The notes beneath the pieces are model-generated. The model had not been told where the DNA came from and searched no databases. It saw only the letters and a list, made by a program, of their open reading frames with translations. From positions 5,840 through 69,839 of the forward strand of contig DATHVN010000163.1 of the NCBI GenBank assembly GCA_035461305.1: a DNA stretch of 64,000 nt, in the 5' to 3' direction. The position numbers and the translations under genes are program-made. The DNA comes from Euzebyales bacterium. Lineage in GTDB: Bacteria; Actinomycetota; Nitriliruptoria; Euzebyales; JAHELV01. Positions 1 through 10,601 of this stretch are shown in pieces (position 1 is the first letter of the stretch; each line of letters begins with the position of its first letter).

Positions 1-557
1 TCGTCGTCGGCTCGGGGATGAAGTGGTTCGGCGGCCGGCTCCTGGGAAGCGTCAGCACAGGCCTGCTGCACACGGCGCGGACGTCGGTGCTCGTCGTGCA
101 CACCGCGCCGTCCGGGGTCCCCGGACCGGTGGTCGTCGGCGTCGACGGGTCCGACCACGCGGCCAGGGCGCTCGACGTCGCGACGGCGTTCCTCGACCCG
201 GAGCGCTGCGCCGTCACGGTGGTGTCCGCGGCAAAGCTGATGGCGCCCGCGCTCATGCCGCCCTACACGGGCTATGCCACGGTCGCGCCGTCACCCGAGA
301 TCGAGGCCGAGGTGCTCGCACCGTCACGGGAGCACGCGGACCGGGCGGCCGCGCTGCTGCGCGGGCGCGGCTTCGCCGCGGAGACGGCAGTGATGCTCGG
401 CCACCCCGTGAAGCGGTTGCTCGCCGAGGTCGACGACGTCGGTGCGGCGCTGGTCGTCGTCGGGTCGCGTGGCCTCGACGCGCTCGACCGCGCGGCGGTC
501 GGCTCGGTCAGCGACCAGGTCGTGCGGTACGCCCCGGCGACGCTCGTCGGGCGGTAG
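1..557 (+). CDS. universal stress protein (UspA family), N-terminus outside window
   Basis: The frame of ORF 18..557 stays open to the window edge; VVGSGMKWFGGRLLGSVS is the end of a first USP domain. The second domain (VVVGVDGS...VVVGSRGLDALDRAAVGSVSDQVV) carries the USP G-x2-G-x9-GS nucleotide-binding signature. Confidence 0.85.
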   Translation, partial: VVGSGMKWFGGRLLGSVSTGLLHTARTSVLVVHTAPSGVPGPVVVGVDGSDHAARALDVATAFLDPERCAVTVVSAAKLMAPALMPPYTGYATVAPSPEIEAEVLAPSREHADRAAALLRGRGFAAETAVMLGHPVKRLLAEVDDVGAALVVVGSRGLDALDRAAVGSVSDQVVRYAPATLVGR

Positions 558-567
558 GCGTCCACGC

Positions 568-1470
568 CTACCGGTGGTGGGGCACGGCGACCATCGGGCC
601 GGCGGCGTGATGCGCGCACTGGTGGCTGACCGAGCCGGGCCCGAGCTCTGCGAAGCCGCGGCGTCCCCGAGTTCCGACGACCAGCAGGTGCTCGGCGGTC
701 GCGTAGCGTTGCAGCGCGGCCACGGGCGCTCCGTCGTCGATGACGCGGTCCATGCGCGCGTCGCCGCCGACGGGCTCGGCCCGGTGGAGCAGCGCGTCGA
801 TCTCGTCGCGCGCGGCGGCGCGGGCCTCGGCGAGCCGTGCCGCGACAAGCTCCACCGGCAGGCCGAGCACACGCAGCGTCGCGGGATCGGGCAGGTCGAG
901 CCCGTGCACGGCGAGCATACCCACGCCGCGGCGGCACGCCTCGTCGACCGCCCAGCGCAGGGCGGTCTCCGACTCCGGCGATGCGTCGACACCGACCACG
1001 ACGGGTCGCCGTCCGTCCCGCTCCTCCCCGGTCGACGCCGGCTCGGACGTCGTCGAGCGGATCAGCGCGACCGGCACGGCCGCATGGGTCAGCACGCGAT
1101 GGCTCGTCGAGCCCAGCAGCAGCTCGCTGAACCCGCCGAGCCCACGGGTGCCGACGACGATCAGCTGGCTGTGCCGGCCCGCGTCGAGGAGGGCGTCGGC
1201 GGCGTGGGACGCGCGGATCACGACAGTGTCGTGGTCCGGCAGCCGCTCGAGCAGCGCACGGTGCCGCGCGACGACGTCGTGCACCAGCCGCCGCGCGAGC
1301 TCCTCGGCGGCGAACGTCGACGCGGACGTGACGCCGTCGTCGACGTACCCGTGCACCAGGGTGAGCGTCACGTTGCGCAGCTGTGCCTCGCGCACGGCCC
1401 AGCGCAGCGCGCGCTCCGAGTGCGCGGATCCGTCGATGCCCACGACGATCGGGGTCGTGACGTCCTGCAT
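568..1470 (-). CDS. tandem-domain universal stress protein
   Basis: Two USP domains are present (IVVGIDGS...VVGTRGLGGFSELLLGSTSHRVL and VVVGVDAS...VVGTRGRRGFAELGPGSVSHQC). Start placed at ATG 1470 (MQDVTTPIVVGIDGS); the extension to 1587 is Arg-rich and not protein-like. Confidence 0.9.
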   Translation of the reverse strand: MQDVTTPIVVGIDGSAHSERALRWAVREAQLRNVTLTLVHGYVDDGVTSASTFAAEELARRLVHDVVARHRALLERLPDHDTVVIRASHAADALLDAGRHSQLIVVGTRGLGGFSELLLGSTSHRVLTHAAVPVALIRSTTSEPASTGEERDGRRPVVVGVDASPESETALRWAVDEACRRGVGMLAVHGLDLPDPATLRVLGLPVELVAARLAEARAAARDEIDALLHRAEPVGGDARMDRVIDDGAPVAALQRYATAEHLLVVGTRGRRGFAELGPGSVSHQCAHHAAGPMVAVPHHR

Positions 1471-1691
1471 GGCGCTCCCGTCTCGAGCGTCGACGGTGAC
1501 GAGGCGCACGCTACGGCGGTCACGGACGTGTGCGCGGGTCGACGGCCCCGCCGCCCACCGACGATGGTCCCGGTCCGCCGGGGACACGGGCCGAAGGACT
1601 CATCGGTTGCGGGCCGTTGGCAGGGTCGCGCTGCGCCGGCCGGGACTACGGTCACCCTCGGGGACCTGATCGGTGTCGAGGAGTGTGCATC

Positions 1692-2837
1692 ATGAAGCAC
1701 TGGGTCATCGCATACCGCCACGTCCCAGGCGCCCCCGCCGCCCTGCGCCGGCGGCTGGTCACCGATGTGGCCGACATGCTGCGCACCGCGATGGACGGCG
1801 ATGACGGACAGGTCGAGCCCGACGGATCGTTGCTCCTGCAGCTGCCCGCCCACGTAGCCGGCGTCGACATGCACAAGCAGGTCAGGGTGCGGACCGGCGT
1901 CGCGTCGGACCATGGAGCCCGCACGTGCATCCCGCTGCAGTGGGAGGCCGAGCCGGGCCGGCACGCCTTCCCCGTGTTCACGGGCACGATCGAGCTCGAG
2001 CCGATGTCGTCGCGGATGGCCCAGCTGACCGTCGTCGGTGCGGTCACGCCGCCGCTCGGGCCGGTCGGCGGCCTCGCGGAAGCCACCGTCCTCGGAGCGC
2101 TCGCCGAGCGCACCACCCAGGACCTGGCCGACCGCCTCGCGGAAGCGCTGGTCGAGGGTCGGGAGGAGCCGGCGGCCAAAGCGGCGACCGGCGGGCCAGC
2201 GGCACAGCTGACGGTCGCCGACATCATGACCGTCAATCCGCTCGTCCTGCACGTCGACACGCCGGTGCGCACGGCCGCGCTGCTGCTGTTCTACTTCGAC
2301 GTGGCAGGCGCGCCCGTCCGCACCGACGACGGCGGCCTGGTCGGGGTGCTCAGCGAGTCGGACCTGCTCGCCGTGCAGGCCACGCCGAGGCTGGGGCTCG
2401 GCGGGCGCGCGGAGGACAGCCGCGTCCGGCACCGCGCCCGCACCGTCGGGGAGGCCTGCAGCCGTCCCGCGCACGTCGTCGCGCCCGACGCGACGGTCTC
2501 CGAGGCGGCAGCGATGCTGTGGGACGCCGACATCGGCCGTCTGATCGTCGTGTCCGGGGCGGAGGTCGTCGGCGTCGTGTCCCGCCACGACGTGCTGCGT
2601 GCGCTGCTGCGCGACGACGCCGAGACCCAGGCCGCCCTCGACGAGCTGCTGCGCGCACGTGACGACGACGTGATCGTCCAGGTCGAGTGGGGCGTCGCCA
2701 CGCTCATGGGCGTGGTGACCTACCACAGCACCGCTCGCCGGCTGGCCCAGATGGTGCGGGAGGTCGACGGCGTCGTCGACGTCGACTCCCAGGTCGACTG
2801 GAAGATCGACGACCTGGTCCCGCCCGTCCTGCCCTGA
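1692..2837 (+). CDS. CBS-pair domain protein with C-terminal BON domain and uncharacterised N-terminal domain
   Basis: Start MKHWVIAY at 1692 is preceded by GAGGAG. Two CBS motifs are present (VADIMTVNPLVLHVDTP...VGVLSESDLL and ACSRPAHVVAPDATVSEAA...VGVVSRHDVL). The BON-like tail reads VQVEWGVATLMGVVTYHSTARRLAQMVREVDGVVDVDSQV. Confidence 0.85.
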   Translation: MKHWVIAYRHVPGAPAALRRRLVTDVADMLRTAMDGDDGQVEPDGSLLLQLPAHVAGVDMHKQVRVRTGVASDHGARTCIPLQWEAEPGRHAFPVFTGTIELEPMSSRMAQLTVVGAVTPPLGPVGGLAEATVLGALAERTTQDLADRLAEALVEGREEPAAKAATGGPAAQLTVADIMTVNPLVLHVDTPVRTAALLLFYFDVAGAPVRTDDGGLVGVLSESDLLAVQATPRLGLGGRAEDSRVRHRARTVGEACSRPAHVVAPDATVSEAAAMLWDADIGRLIVVSGAEVVGVVSRHDVLRALLRDDAETQAALDELLRARDDDVIVQVEWGVATLMGVVTYHSTARRLAQMVREVDGVVDVDSQVDWKIDDLVPPVLP

Positions 2838-2869
2838 CCGACGCGGGCGTGCCGCCGCGCCCGTGCCGG

Positions 2870-5434
2870 TCAACTGCGCTGCCACCGCTTGTCCAGCGCG
2901 TCGACGGCGACCACCACCGGCGCGGCGAGCAGCGCGACCGTCCACCCGGTTGCGTCGGGTGGTGCGTGGCCGAGCGCGTCGGCCACGACCGGCACGAACA
3001 GGAACACGGCGGTGATCGCCAGCTCGATCACGACCGCCACGAGCAGCAGCCGGTTGCCGCCCCAGTCGAGCGCGCCGACCCAGCGGGTATCGCTGCGGCA
3101 GGCGAAGGCGTTCGCGGTCTGGCCGATGACCACCGCGGCGAACGTCGCGCCGGACGCGGCGAGCTGCGTGGCGCCCGCGGGGAACGCCATGCCCGGCCGC
3201 CAGCCCGCGGCGACCATGGTGGCGACGAAGGCGCACATGCCCATCAACGCCTCGGACGGGCCGAGCACGCCGAAGCCGCGGCGGGCGACCCTCGCGTCGA
3301 GCAGCCGCCCGCTCGCCGGCGCCGACCGCAGCGTGTTCCGCGTGGGTGGCTCCGCCCCGAGGGCCACGGCCGACAGCGTGTCGGTCCCGATGTCGAGCGC
3401 GAGCACCTGCAGGACACCGAGCGCCAGCGGGAACCGTCCACCAGACAGTGCCCACACGACGAACGGCGTCAGCTCCGCGACGTTGTCGGACAGGTGGTAG
3501 GCCAGGAACCGCCGGATGTTGGCGAACGTCGCCCGGCCGTACTCGATGGCGGCGACGATCGTCGCAAAGTCGTCGTCGAGCAGCACGAGGTCGGCGGCCT
3601 CGCGGGCCACGTCGGTGCCCGACCGGCCCATCGCCACGCCAATGTCGGCCGCGTGCAGCGCCGGACCATCGTTGACGCCGTCGCCGGTCATGGCGACCAC
3701 GTGGTCCCGCCGCTGGAGCGCCGCGGCGATGTGCAGCTTGTCCTCGGGCGCCACCCGGGCGACGACGACCCCGTCGCGATCGACCAGTGCGCCGATGTGC
3801 TCGAGGTCGGAGGGCAGGTCGTCCGATGTCAGCACCGGCGCGTCGGCGTCCGCGAGGCCGACTTCGCGCGCGATCGCCAGCGCTGTGGCGGGGTGGTCGC
3901 CCGTGACCATCGCCACCTTCACGCCCGCCTTTCGGCACGCAGCGACGGCGGCAGCGGCTGCCGGCCTCGGCGGGTCCTCGAGGCCGACCAGGCCCAGCAG
4001 CTCGAGGTGGCGTTCGGCCTCGTCGGCGGTGGCGGCGCGGTCGTCCTCCCAGCGCCGTCGGGCGATCGCCAGGACGCGCAGGCCGCGTGTGGTGAAGCGG
4101 GCGAGCGCGGCGTCCGCCGCGCTGGTCTCGCCAGCGCAGCGCGGCAGCACCGCGTCGGGCGCGCCCTTGACGTACAGCGTCCCGTCGACGACCACCGACA
4201 TCCGGCGACGTCGCGCATCGAAGGGGAAGCGTCGGGTCGGCGGTGAGATCGTCCCGGCGCCGTCGCCGGAGACCCGCCGCGCGAGGGCGTCGAGTGCCGC
4301 CTCCATCGGATCGCCCTGCGCGATCCAGCGGTCGGCGTCACGCACGACCCGGCCCGACGAGCAGCGGACCCCCGCCAGGGCCAGCGCACGCACGGCCGTC
4401 ATGGCGGCGTCAGAGTCGGTGTCGACGGTGCCGGTCGGCTCGTAGCCGGCCCCGCTGACGCGCGCCGCCCCGGCCGCCGTCCATGCCTCCACCACCTGCA
4501 TCTCGTTGCGGGTCAGCGTGCCGGTCTTGTCGGTGCACACGAACGTCGTCGACCCCAGGGTCTCGACGGCGTCGAGGCGGCGGACCAGCGCGTTGCGTCG
4601 TGCCATGCGCTGGGCGCCGATCGCGAGCGACAGCGTCACCGTCGGCAGCAGCCCCTCCGGCACGAGCGCGACGGTCACCCCGATCGCAAACACGACGGCC
4701 TCTGTCGCAGCCGTGCCGACCAGCATTGACACGAGGAAGAACGCGACGCCGACGCCGACCGCGATGGTCGCGATGGTCCGCACCACGCGGTGCAGCTCGC
4801 GCGTCAGGGGGCTGGGCGGGCGGGGCCCGGTCTGGGTGAGCGTGGCGATCTCCGCAAGCCGGGTGTCGCCGCCCGTGGCGGTCACCACCGCCTCGGCTTC
4901 GCCCTCCGTCACGAACGTCCCTGCGAACAGCGGATCTCCGGCGGAGACGTGTGTGGGGACGCTCTCTCCTGTGAGGGTCGACGTGTCGACCGACAGCGCA
5001 TGTGCCGAGGTCGTGGCCAGGTCCGCCGAGATCCGGTCGCCGGCTTCGAGGACGACCACGTCGTCCGGGACGAGCTCGGCGGCATCGATCTGCCGTCGCC
5101 TGCCGCCGCGGATGACGGTGACCTGCCGGGGCAGCAGCTCCCGCAGCCGCTCGGCCGCGCGGTCCGCCCGGTGCTCCTCGACGAACGCGAACACGGCGTT
5201 GACGACCACGACGATCACGATTGCCACCCCGAGCTGTGGCAGGCCGGCCACGAACGCGAACGCCGCGGCGATCCACAGCATCAGGGCGAAGAAGTGGATC
5301 AGCTGGTCGACCAGCCGCCGCCAGGCCGGCGTCGCCGGTGCCCGCGGCAGGACGTTGGGTCCGTGGTCCGCCAGAAGCGCGCCGGCCTCGGCCTCGGTCA
5401 GGCCTGACGGCGGGGACATGTCGACGGCGGGCAT
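2870..5434 (-). CDS. P2-type cation-transporting P-type ATPase (CtpF/Ca2+-ATPase-like)
   Basis: Motifs TGES, PEGLLPT, CTDKTGTLT and TGDGVNDGPAL are present. Start placed at MPAVDMSPPSGLTEAEA (5434; alternative 5419). The 381-codon upstream extension of track ORF 2870..6577 is antisense to the hydrogenase gene and was rejected. Confidence 0.9.
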   Translation of the reverse strand: MPAVDMSPPSGLTEAEAGALLADHGPNVLPRAPATPAWRRLVDQLIHFFALMLWIAAAFAFVAGLPQLGVAIVIVVVVNAVFAFVEEHRADRAAERLRELLPRQVTVIRGGRRRQIDAAELVPDDVVVLEAGDRISADLATTSAHALSVDTSTLTGESVPTHVSAGDPLFAGTFVTEGEAEAVVTATGGDTRLAEIATLTQTGPRPPSPLTRELHRVVRTIATIAVGVGVAFFLVSMLVGTAATEAVVFAIGVTVALVPEGLLPTVTLSLAIGAQRMARRNALVRRLDAVETLGSTTFVCTDKTGTLTRNEMQVVEAWTAAGAARVSGAGYEPTGTVDTDSDAAMTAVRALALAGVRCSSGRVVRDADRWIAQGDPMEAALDALARRVSGDGAGTISPPTRRFPFDARRRRMSVVVDGTLYVKGAPDAVLPRCAGETSAADAALARFTTRGLRVLAIARRRWEDDRAATADEAERHLELLGLVGLEDPPRPAAAAAVAACRKAGVKVAMVTGDHPATALAIAREVGLADADAPVLTSDDLPSDLEHIGALVDRDGVVVARVAPEDKLHIAAALQRRDHVVAMTGDGVNDGPALHAADIGVAMGRSGTDVAREAADLVLLDDDFATIVAAIEYGRATFANIRRFLAYHLSDNVAELTPFVVWALSGGRFPLALGVLQVLALDIGTDTLSAVALGAEPPTRNTLRSAPASGRLLDARVARRGFGVLGPSEALMGMCAFVATMVAAGWRPGMAFPAGATQLAASGATFAAVVIGQTANAFACRSDTRWVGALDWGGNRLLLVAVVIELAITAVFLFVPVVADALGHAPPDATGWTVALLAAPVVVAVDALDKRWQRS

Positions 5435-5596
5435 GCGACCACTGTGTAGCGTCGAGAGGCGACCGCCGCCAGTGTGGGCGCGGACCCGTCGGAGGCGAGG
5501 GCCGAAAGCCCCGCAGGTTGCGGGCCGCCAGCCCGTGGCCATGACGTCGTCGGCGCGGCACCGTGTGGCGACCGCTCTCGGGGAAGGCGACGTGCG

Positions 5597-6730
5597 ATGG
5601 TCGACGTGATGGATGCGGCAGCACTCGCGGACCTGCTGGACGGGCTCGGACGGCAGGGCTACACGGTCGTCGGCCCCACCGTCGGGGACGGCGCGATCGT
5701 CTACGACGAGCTCGACTCCGTCGACGACCTGCCACGTGGCTGGACCGACGAACAGGCACCCGGGCACTACCGGTTGGCGCAGCGTGACGATGACGCGCTG
5801 TTCGGCTACGCGGTCGGTCCCCACTCGTGGAAGCGGTACCTGCTGCCGTCGACCCACACGGTGTGGTCGGCCGAGCGGACCGACGACGGCGGTCTGCGGG
5901 TCCTCGACGAGCCGACGCCGGCGCCGCGCTACGCCTTCGTGGGCGTGCGCTCGTGCGAGCTGGCGGCCATCGCCGTCCAGGATCGCGTGTTCATCCAGGG
6001 CCCCGCGGTCGACACCGTGTATGCACGACGGCGTGACGAGGTGCTGTTGATCGCGGTGAACTGCGGGGATCCCGCGGGCACCTGCTTCTGCGTGTCGATG
6101 GGCACCGGACCGCGTGCGACCGGTGGCTTCGACCTGGCGCTGACGGAGGTGCTCGACGACGACGGCCACCGGTTCGTGGTCGAGGTCGGCACCGACGCCG
6201 GCAGGGCCGCGCTCGACGCCGCCGCGCACCGGCCGGCCACTGCCGACGACGCCGCAGCGGCGCACGCGGTGACCGACCGTGCGGCGCAGCGCATGGGACG
6301 CGTCATGGACACGACCGCCATCAAGGAGCTGCTGTACGGCAACCTCGAGCACCCACGATGGGACGACGTCGCCAGCCGCTGCCTGGCGTGTGGCAACTGC
6401 ACGATGGCCTGCCCCACGTGCTTCTGCACGAGCGTGACCGACGTGACCGACCTTTCGGGCGAGCACGTCGAACGGCATCGTGACTGGGACTCGTGCTTCA
6501 CGCTGGACTTCACGTGGACCGCCGGCACGTCGGTCCGCTCCACGACCAGATCGCGCTACCGGCAGTGGATGACGCACAAGCTCGCGACCTGGATCGACCA
6601 GTTCGGCACATCGGGCTGCGTCGGCTGTGGGCGCTGCATCACGTGGTGCCCGGTCGGCATCGACATCACCGAGGAGGTCGCGGCGATCCGGGCCGACGAC
6701 CCCATCGAGGACGCGGAGGACCTGCCGTGA
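5597..6730 (+). CDS. hydrogenase-associated 4Fe-4S subunit (sulfhydrogenase beta / AsrA-like)
   Basis: Start MVDVMDAA at 5597 follows GGGAAGG. Cys clusters [16 protein letters not shown] and [12 protein letters not shown] are present. It is the first gene of a translationally coupled hydrogenase operon. Confidence 0.85.
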   Translation: MVDVMDAAALADLLDGLGRQGYTVVGPTVGDGAIVYDELDSVDDLPRGWTDEQAPGHYRLAQRDDDALFGYAVGPHSWKRYLLPSTHTVWSAERTDDGGLRVLDEPTPAPRYAFVGVRSCELAAIAVQDRVFIQGPAVDTVYARRRDEVLLIAVNCGDPAGTCFCVSMGTGPRATGGFDLALTEVLDDDGHRFVVEVGTDAGRAALDAAAHRPATADDAAAAHAVTDRAAQRMGRVMDTTAIKELLYGNLEHPRWDDVASRCLACGNCTMACPTCFCTSVTDVTDLSGEHVERHRDWDSCFTLDFTWTAGTSVRSTTRSRYRQWMTHKLATWIDQFGTSGCVGCGRCITWCPVGIDITEEVAAIRADDPIEDAEDLP

Positions 6731-7194
6731 ACACCGCCCACATGCTCGCTCTGCACCCGTTCGTCGCCGGGCTGAGCAACGAGCAGCTCGTCGCGCTGTC
6801 GGGATGTGCGACGCCGGTGCGGTTCGATCCGGGGGACGTGATCTTCCGCGAAGGCGACCCCGCGGACGCGTGCTACCTGGTGCGGGCGGGCCACGTCGCG
6901 CTGCAGCTGCACGCCCCGGACGGACCGCTGGTCATCGAGACGCTCGTCGGTGAGCACGTGCTCGGCTGGTCGTGGCTGGTGGCACCGCACCGCTGGCGCT
7001 TCGACGCGGTGGCGGTCGACGAGGTCGACACGATCCACCTCGACGCGGCGTGCGTCCGCGGGCTCATGCGCGACGACCCGCAGCTGGGCTCCGCCGTGGC
7101 GCAGCAGTTGCTGGCCGTGGTCGGCGACCGTCTGGAGCACACGCGGGTCAGGCTGCTCGACGTCTACGGACACCACCATGCGCGCAGCATCTGA
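6727..7194 (+). CDS. cyclic-nucleotide-binding-domain protein (stand-alone CNB fold, divergent phosphate-binding cassette)
   Basis: The GTG start overlaps the upstream stop (GTGA at 6727-6730). CNB-like strands include [27 protein letters not shown]...[10 protein letters not shown]. There is no DNA-binding HTH after the domain. Confidence 0.75.
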   Translation: MNTAHMLALHPFVAGLSNEQLVALSGCATPVRFDPGDVIFREGDPADACYLVRAGHVALQLHAPDGPLVIETLVGEHVLGWSWLVAPHRWRFDAVAVDEVDTIHLDAACVRGLMRDDPQLGSAVAQQLLAVVGDRLEHTRVRLLDVYGHHHARSI

Positions 7195-8044
7195 CCAGCT
7201 GCTCGCACCGGCGCTCACGCCGCAGCTCGCGCGGCTCGAGCGCACCGTCCGCGAGACCGCCGACACCGTCACCCTCCACGTGCGTGCGCTCGACGCGGAG
7301 TGGTCGCCGTTCGCGCCCGGCCAGTTCGACATGCTCACCGCGTTCGGCGTCGGCGAGGTGCCGATCTCGGTCAGCGGCGACCCCAACGACCGGGTCATGC
7401 GCCAGTACACGATCCGCGCGGTGGGTGCGGTGACGCGGGCCCTGACCGCTCTCGGCCCGGGTGCGCACCTGGGCGTGCGCGGTCCCTACGGCACGCCGTG
7501 GCCGGTCGACGTCGCGGTGAACACCGACGTGCTCGTCGTCGCCGGCGGCCTGGGGTTGGCTCCGCTGCGTCCCGCGATCCACCACCTGCTCGCGCACCGT
7601 GACCGCTACCGGCGCGTCACCATCCTGTACGGCGCGCGGACGCCCGACGACATGCTGTTCGTCGACGAGGTGGTCCAGTGGCGCGGTCGCTTCGACGTCG
7701 ACGTGGCGGTGACGGTCGACGCCCCGAGCCCGCCACCCACGGCCACCGCGCCCTGGCGGGGGCACGTCGGGCTGGTGACCACGCTGATCCGTCCGGCGAT
7801 GGGCGATCCGGACCGCACGACGGCCCTGGTCTGCGGTCCCGAGATCATGATGCGCTTCACCGTCCGCGCGCTCGCGGACCACGGCATCGTCAGTGACAGG
7901 ATCCACGTGTCGCTGGAGCGCTCGATGGACTGCGGCGTCGGCCTGTGTGGTCACTGCCAGCTCGGCCCGTTCTTCGTCTGCGTCGACGGTCCCGTCATGT
8001 CCCAGCGCCGCGTCGGCCCGTGGCTGGTGGTGAGGGAGCTGTGA
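7178..8044 (+). CDS. FAD/NAD(P)-binding oxidoreductase with C-terminal 2Fe-2S (sulfhydrogenase gamma / AsrB-like)
   Basis: Motifs RQYTIRA (FAD), [13 protein letters not shown] (NAD(P)) and the C-terminal [12 protein letters not shown] cluster are present. It overlaps the upstream gene by 17 nt. Confidence 0.9.
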   Translation: MRAASDQLLAPALTPQLARLERTVRETADTVTLHVRALDAEWSPFAPGQFDMLTAFGVGEVPISVSGDPNDRVMRQYTIRAVGAVTRALTALGPGAHLGVRGPYGTPWPVDVAVNTDVLVVAGGLGLAPLRPAIHHLLAHRDRYRRVTILYGARTPDDMLFVDEVVQWRGRFDVDVAVTVDAPSPPPTATAPWRGHVGLVTTLIRPAMGDPDRTTALVCGPEIMMRFTVRALADHGIVSDRIHVSLERSMDCGVGLCGHCQLGPFFVCVDGPVMSQRRVGPWLVVREL

Positions 8045-8832
8045 GCACCGTGACCGATCGTCCGACGCTGGCCGTGTGGAAGTTCGCGTCATGTGACGGG
8101 TGCCAGCTGCAGGTCCTCAGCCTCGCCGACCGCCTGCTCACCCTGACCGAGCGCGTTGACGTCGCCATGTTCCTGGAGGCCACGCGGAGCCAGGTCGCCG
8201 GCCCTTACGACGTGTCGCTGGTCGAGGGCTCGATCACCACGCCGGACGACGCGCGGCGCATCAGGGAGATCCGCGCGCAGTCCCGGTACCTGGTCACCAT
8301 CGGCGCGTGCGCGACGTCCGGCGGCATCCAGGCGTTGCGCAACCTCGTCGACGTCAGCGACTGGACGTCCCTCGTCTACGCCAACCCCGAGTACGTCGAC
8401 ACGTTGGCGACGTCGACGGGCATCGCCGATCACGTCGCCGTCGACTTCGAGCTGCGGGGGTGCCCGATCTCGATCACCCAGCTCGCGGAGGTCGTCGCGG
8501 CCCTGCTCGACGGGCGGCGGCCCGCCGTCGCCGCGTCAAGCGTGTGCGGGGAGTGCAAGCGCCGTGGCAACGTCTGCGTGATGGTCGCGCACGGCACCCC
8601 GTGCCTGGGACCCATCACCCAGGCCGGGTGCGGCGCGCTCTGCCCGACCTACGACCGCGGCTGCTACGGCTGCTTCGGCCCAGCTGAGACTGCGAACACC
8701 GCATCCCTGATGGACTGGTGGGGCGACGTGTTGGGCGTCGGCGCCGGCGAGCGGGTCCGGATGCTGCGGACGTTCAACGCCAACGCGCCGGAGTTTCGCG
8801 AGGCTGCCGCGGCGCAGGAGGATGCCACATGA
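8041..8832 (+). CDS. [NiFe]-hydrogenase small (delta) subunit, group 3 type
   Basis: GTGA start/stop overlap at 8041. Motifs [16 protein letters not shown] and GCP are present, plus the distal Cys cluster [11 protein letters not shown]...[27 protein letters not shown]. Confidence 0.9.
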   Translation: MSTVTDRPTLAVWKFASCDGCQLQVLSLADRLLTLTERVDVAMFLEATRSQVAGPYDVSLVEGSITTPDDARRIREIRAQSRYLVTIGACATSGGIQALRNLVDVSDWTSLVYANPEYVDTLATSTGIADHVAVDFELRGCPISITQLAEVVAALLDGRRPAVAASSVCGECKRRGNVCVMVAHGTPCLGPITQAGCGALCPTYDRGCYGCFGPAETANTASLMDWWGDVLGVGAGERVRMLRTFNANAPEFREAAAAQEDAT

Positions 8833-10133
8833 CCCACCAGGAGGGTTGGAGCCGGACGCTGTCTGTCGAGGCGCTGGCCCGCGTCGAGGGTGAGGGCGCC
8901 ATGCGCGTCCGCGTCCACGACGGGCAGGTCACCGATGTGCAGCTGCGGATCTACGAGCCCCCGCGGTTCTTCGAGGCCCTTCTCCGCGGCCGCTCGTGGA
9001 CCGAGCCGCCCGACATCACTGCGAGGATCTGCGGCATCTGCCCGATCGCGTACCAGATGAGCGCCTGCCAGGCCCTCGAGGACGCGTGTGGTGTGACCGT
9101 CGACGCACCGTTGCAGGATCTGCGGCGCCTGCTGTACTGCGGCGAGTGGATCTCCAGCCACGCCCTCCACGTCTACCTGCTGCACGCGCCCGACTTCCTC
9201 GGGTACGAGAGCGCGATCGAGATGGCCGCCGAGCATCGGGTCGTGGTCGAGCGCGGACTGCGGCTGCGCAAGGCGGGCACCGACCTGCTCACGCTGGTGG
9301 GTGGTCGCGAGAGCCACCCGGTCAACGTCCGGGTGGGCGGCTTCTACCGGGCACCGACCCGTCGCGAGCTGGCGTCGCTGCGTCCGCGGCTCGAGCAGGC
9401 CCGCGACGACGCGTTCGAGACCGTCCGCCTGGTCGCGGGCTTCGACGTCCCGGACTTCACCCAGGACGTGGTGCTGGTCGCGCTGTCGGATCCGGACCGC
9501 TACGCGATCGAGCGCGGCCGGCTCGCCTCGACCGCCGGGCTCGACGCCCCGGTCGCGGCGTTCAGCGAGCACGTCACCGAGCACCACGTCGCCCACTCGA
9601 ACGCGCTCCACGCCGAGCTCGACGGCGGGACCACCTTCGCGGTCGGGCCCATGGCGCGGTTCGCGCTGAACTTCGACCGGCTGTCGCCGGTCGCGCTGGA
9701 GGCCGCCGCTCTGGCCGACATCGGCCCCGACTGCCGCAACCCGTTCCGCAGCATCGTCGTGCGCAGCATCGAGACGCTCTACGCTATCGACGAGGCGCTG
9801 CGCCTGATCGACGGCTACGAGCGGCCGGAGCGTCCGTTCGTCCCGATCGTGCCCCGGGCGGCGACGGGCCACGGCGCGACCGAGGCGCCGCGCGGGACCC
9901 TGTACCACCGCTACACCATCGGGGACGACGGCCTGCTGACCGACGGCGTGATCGTGCCGCCGACCTCGCAGAACCAGCGGTCGATCGAGGAGGACCTCGC
10001 GCGGTTCGTGCAGGCACGGCTGGACATGGACGACGACGCGCTGCAGTGGGCGTGCGAGCAGGCGATCCGCAACTACGACCCGTGCATCTCGTGCGCGACG
10101 CACTTCCTGGACCTCACCATCGAGCGCACGTGA
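8829..10133 (+). CDS. [NiFe]-hydrogenase large (alpha) subunit, group 3b-like
   Basis: ATGA overlap at 8829. The N-terminal Ni-binding motif RICGICP and the C-terminal DPCISCATH are present, followed by a 9-residue tail typical of protease-processed large subunits. Confidence 0.92.
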   Translation: MTHQEGWSRTLSVEALARVEGEGAMRVRVHDGQVTDVQLRIYEPPRFFEALLRGRSWTEPPDITARICGICPIAYQMSACQALEDACGVTVDAPLQDLRRLLYCGEWISSHALHVYLLHAPDFLGYESAIEMAAEHRVVVERGLRLRKAGTDLLTLVGGRESHPVNVRVGGFYRAPTRRELASLRPRLEQARDDAFETVRLVAGFDVPDFTQDVVLVALSDPDRYAIERGRLASTAGLDAPVAAFSEHVTEHHVAHSNALHAELDGGTTFAVGPMARFALNFDRLSPVALEAAALADIGPDCRNPFRSIVVRSIETLYAIDEALRLIDGYERPERPFVPIVPRAATGHGATEAPRGTLYHRYTIGDDGLLTDGVIVPPTSQNQRSIEEDLARFVQARLDMDDDALQWACEQAIRNYDPCISCATHFLDLTIERT

Positions 10134-10588
10134 CCGCGCGGGTGTTCGGCCTCGGCCACCCCGACCGTGGTGACGACGCCGTCGGGCTGCTGGTCGCCGA
10201 CGACGTCCGGCGGCGGGCGCCCCTGGGGGTGGAGGTCCGTCGGCTCGAGGGGTCGCCACTGGAGCTGCTGACGTCGTGGGACGACGCCGACGACGTGATC
10301 GTCGTCGACGCCGTGCGGGCCCCGACAGCACCGGGGCTGGTCCGGCGCTTCGACGTCCTCGCGGGTCAATTGCCGGTGATGGGGTCGACGGGCGGCACGC
10401 ACGACGCGTCGCTGATCGACGCCATCGAGCTGGCGCGTGCGCTCGGACGGCTGCCGGCAGGCCTCGTGGTCTACGGCGTGTACGGCGCCAGCTTCGGCGT
10501 CGGTGACGCGATGACCCCGGCCGTGCGGGACGCCGCCCAGGCCCTGGGCGAGCGCATCGCGGGTGAGGTCGTGCCGCGCCGCGGGTGA
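10130..10588 (+). CDS. hydrogenase maturation endopeptidase (HycI/HoxW family)
   Basis: GTGA overlap at 10130. The N-terminus [15 protein letters not shown] and the later GGTHDASL are typical of the family. Confidence 0.85.
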   Translation: MTARVFGLGHPDRGDDAVGLLVADDVRRRAPLGVEVRRLEGSPLELLTSWDDADDVIVVDAVRAPTAPGLVRRFDVLAGQLPVMGSTGGTHDASLIDAIELARALGRLPAGLVVYGVYGASFGVGDAMTPAVRDAAQALGERIAGEVVPRRG

Positions 10589-10601
10589 CCGGTCCGGGCC
10601 G

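Noticed and set aside
1368-3938. Very long ORFs in the six-frame track that overlap real genes on the opposite strand or in another frame. Examples: 1368..3938 -, 8664..10331 -, 12034..15123 -, 23369..25147 -, 25808..27583 -, 44857..46746 -, 47675..49114 -, 62302..63969 -.
   Set aside because: Their translations are dominated by Arg/Pro/Gly/Ala runs with no recognisable domains. Each is antisense or out of frame to a gene with clear family motifs. Long shadow ORFs are expected in DNA this GC-rich because stop codons are rare.
5499-5512. GGGCCGAAAGCCCC as a definite DosR-type operator.
   Set aside because: It is equally well explained as a small GGGC/GCCC hairpin in a GC-rich spacer, and it has three mismatches to the mycobacterial core. 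I retained it only as one member of a low-confidence motif set.
5435-6577. A 381-codon N-terminal extension of the P2 ATPase, from track ORF 2870..6577 (1235 aa).
   Set aside because: The extension is antisense to the hydrogenase beta-subunit gene and is Arg/Val/Gly-rich. The ATPase family N-terminus (MPAVDMSPPSGLTEAEAGALLADHGPN) begins at 5434.
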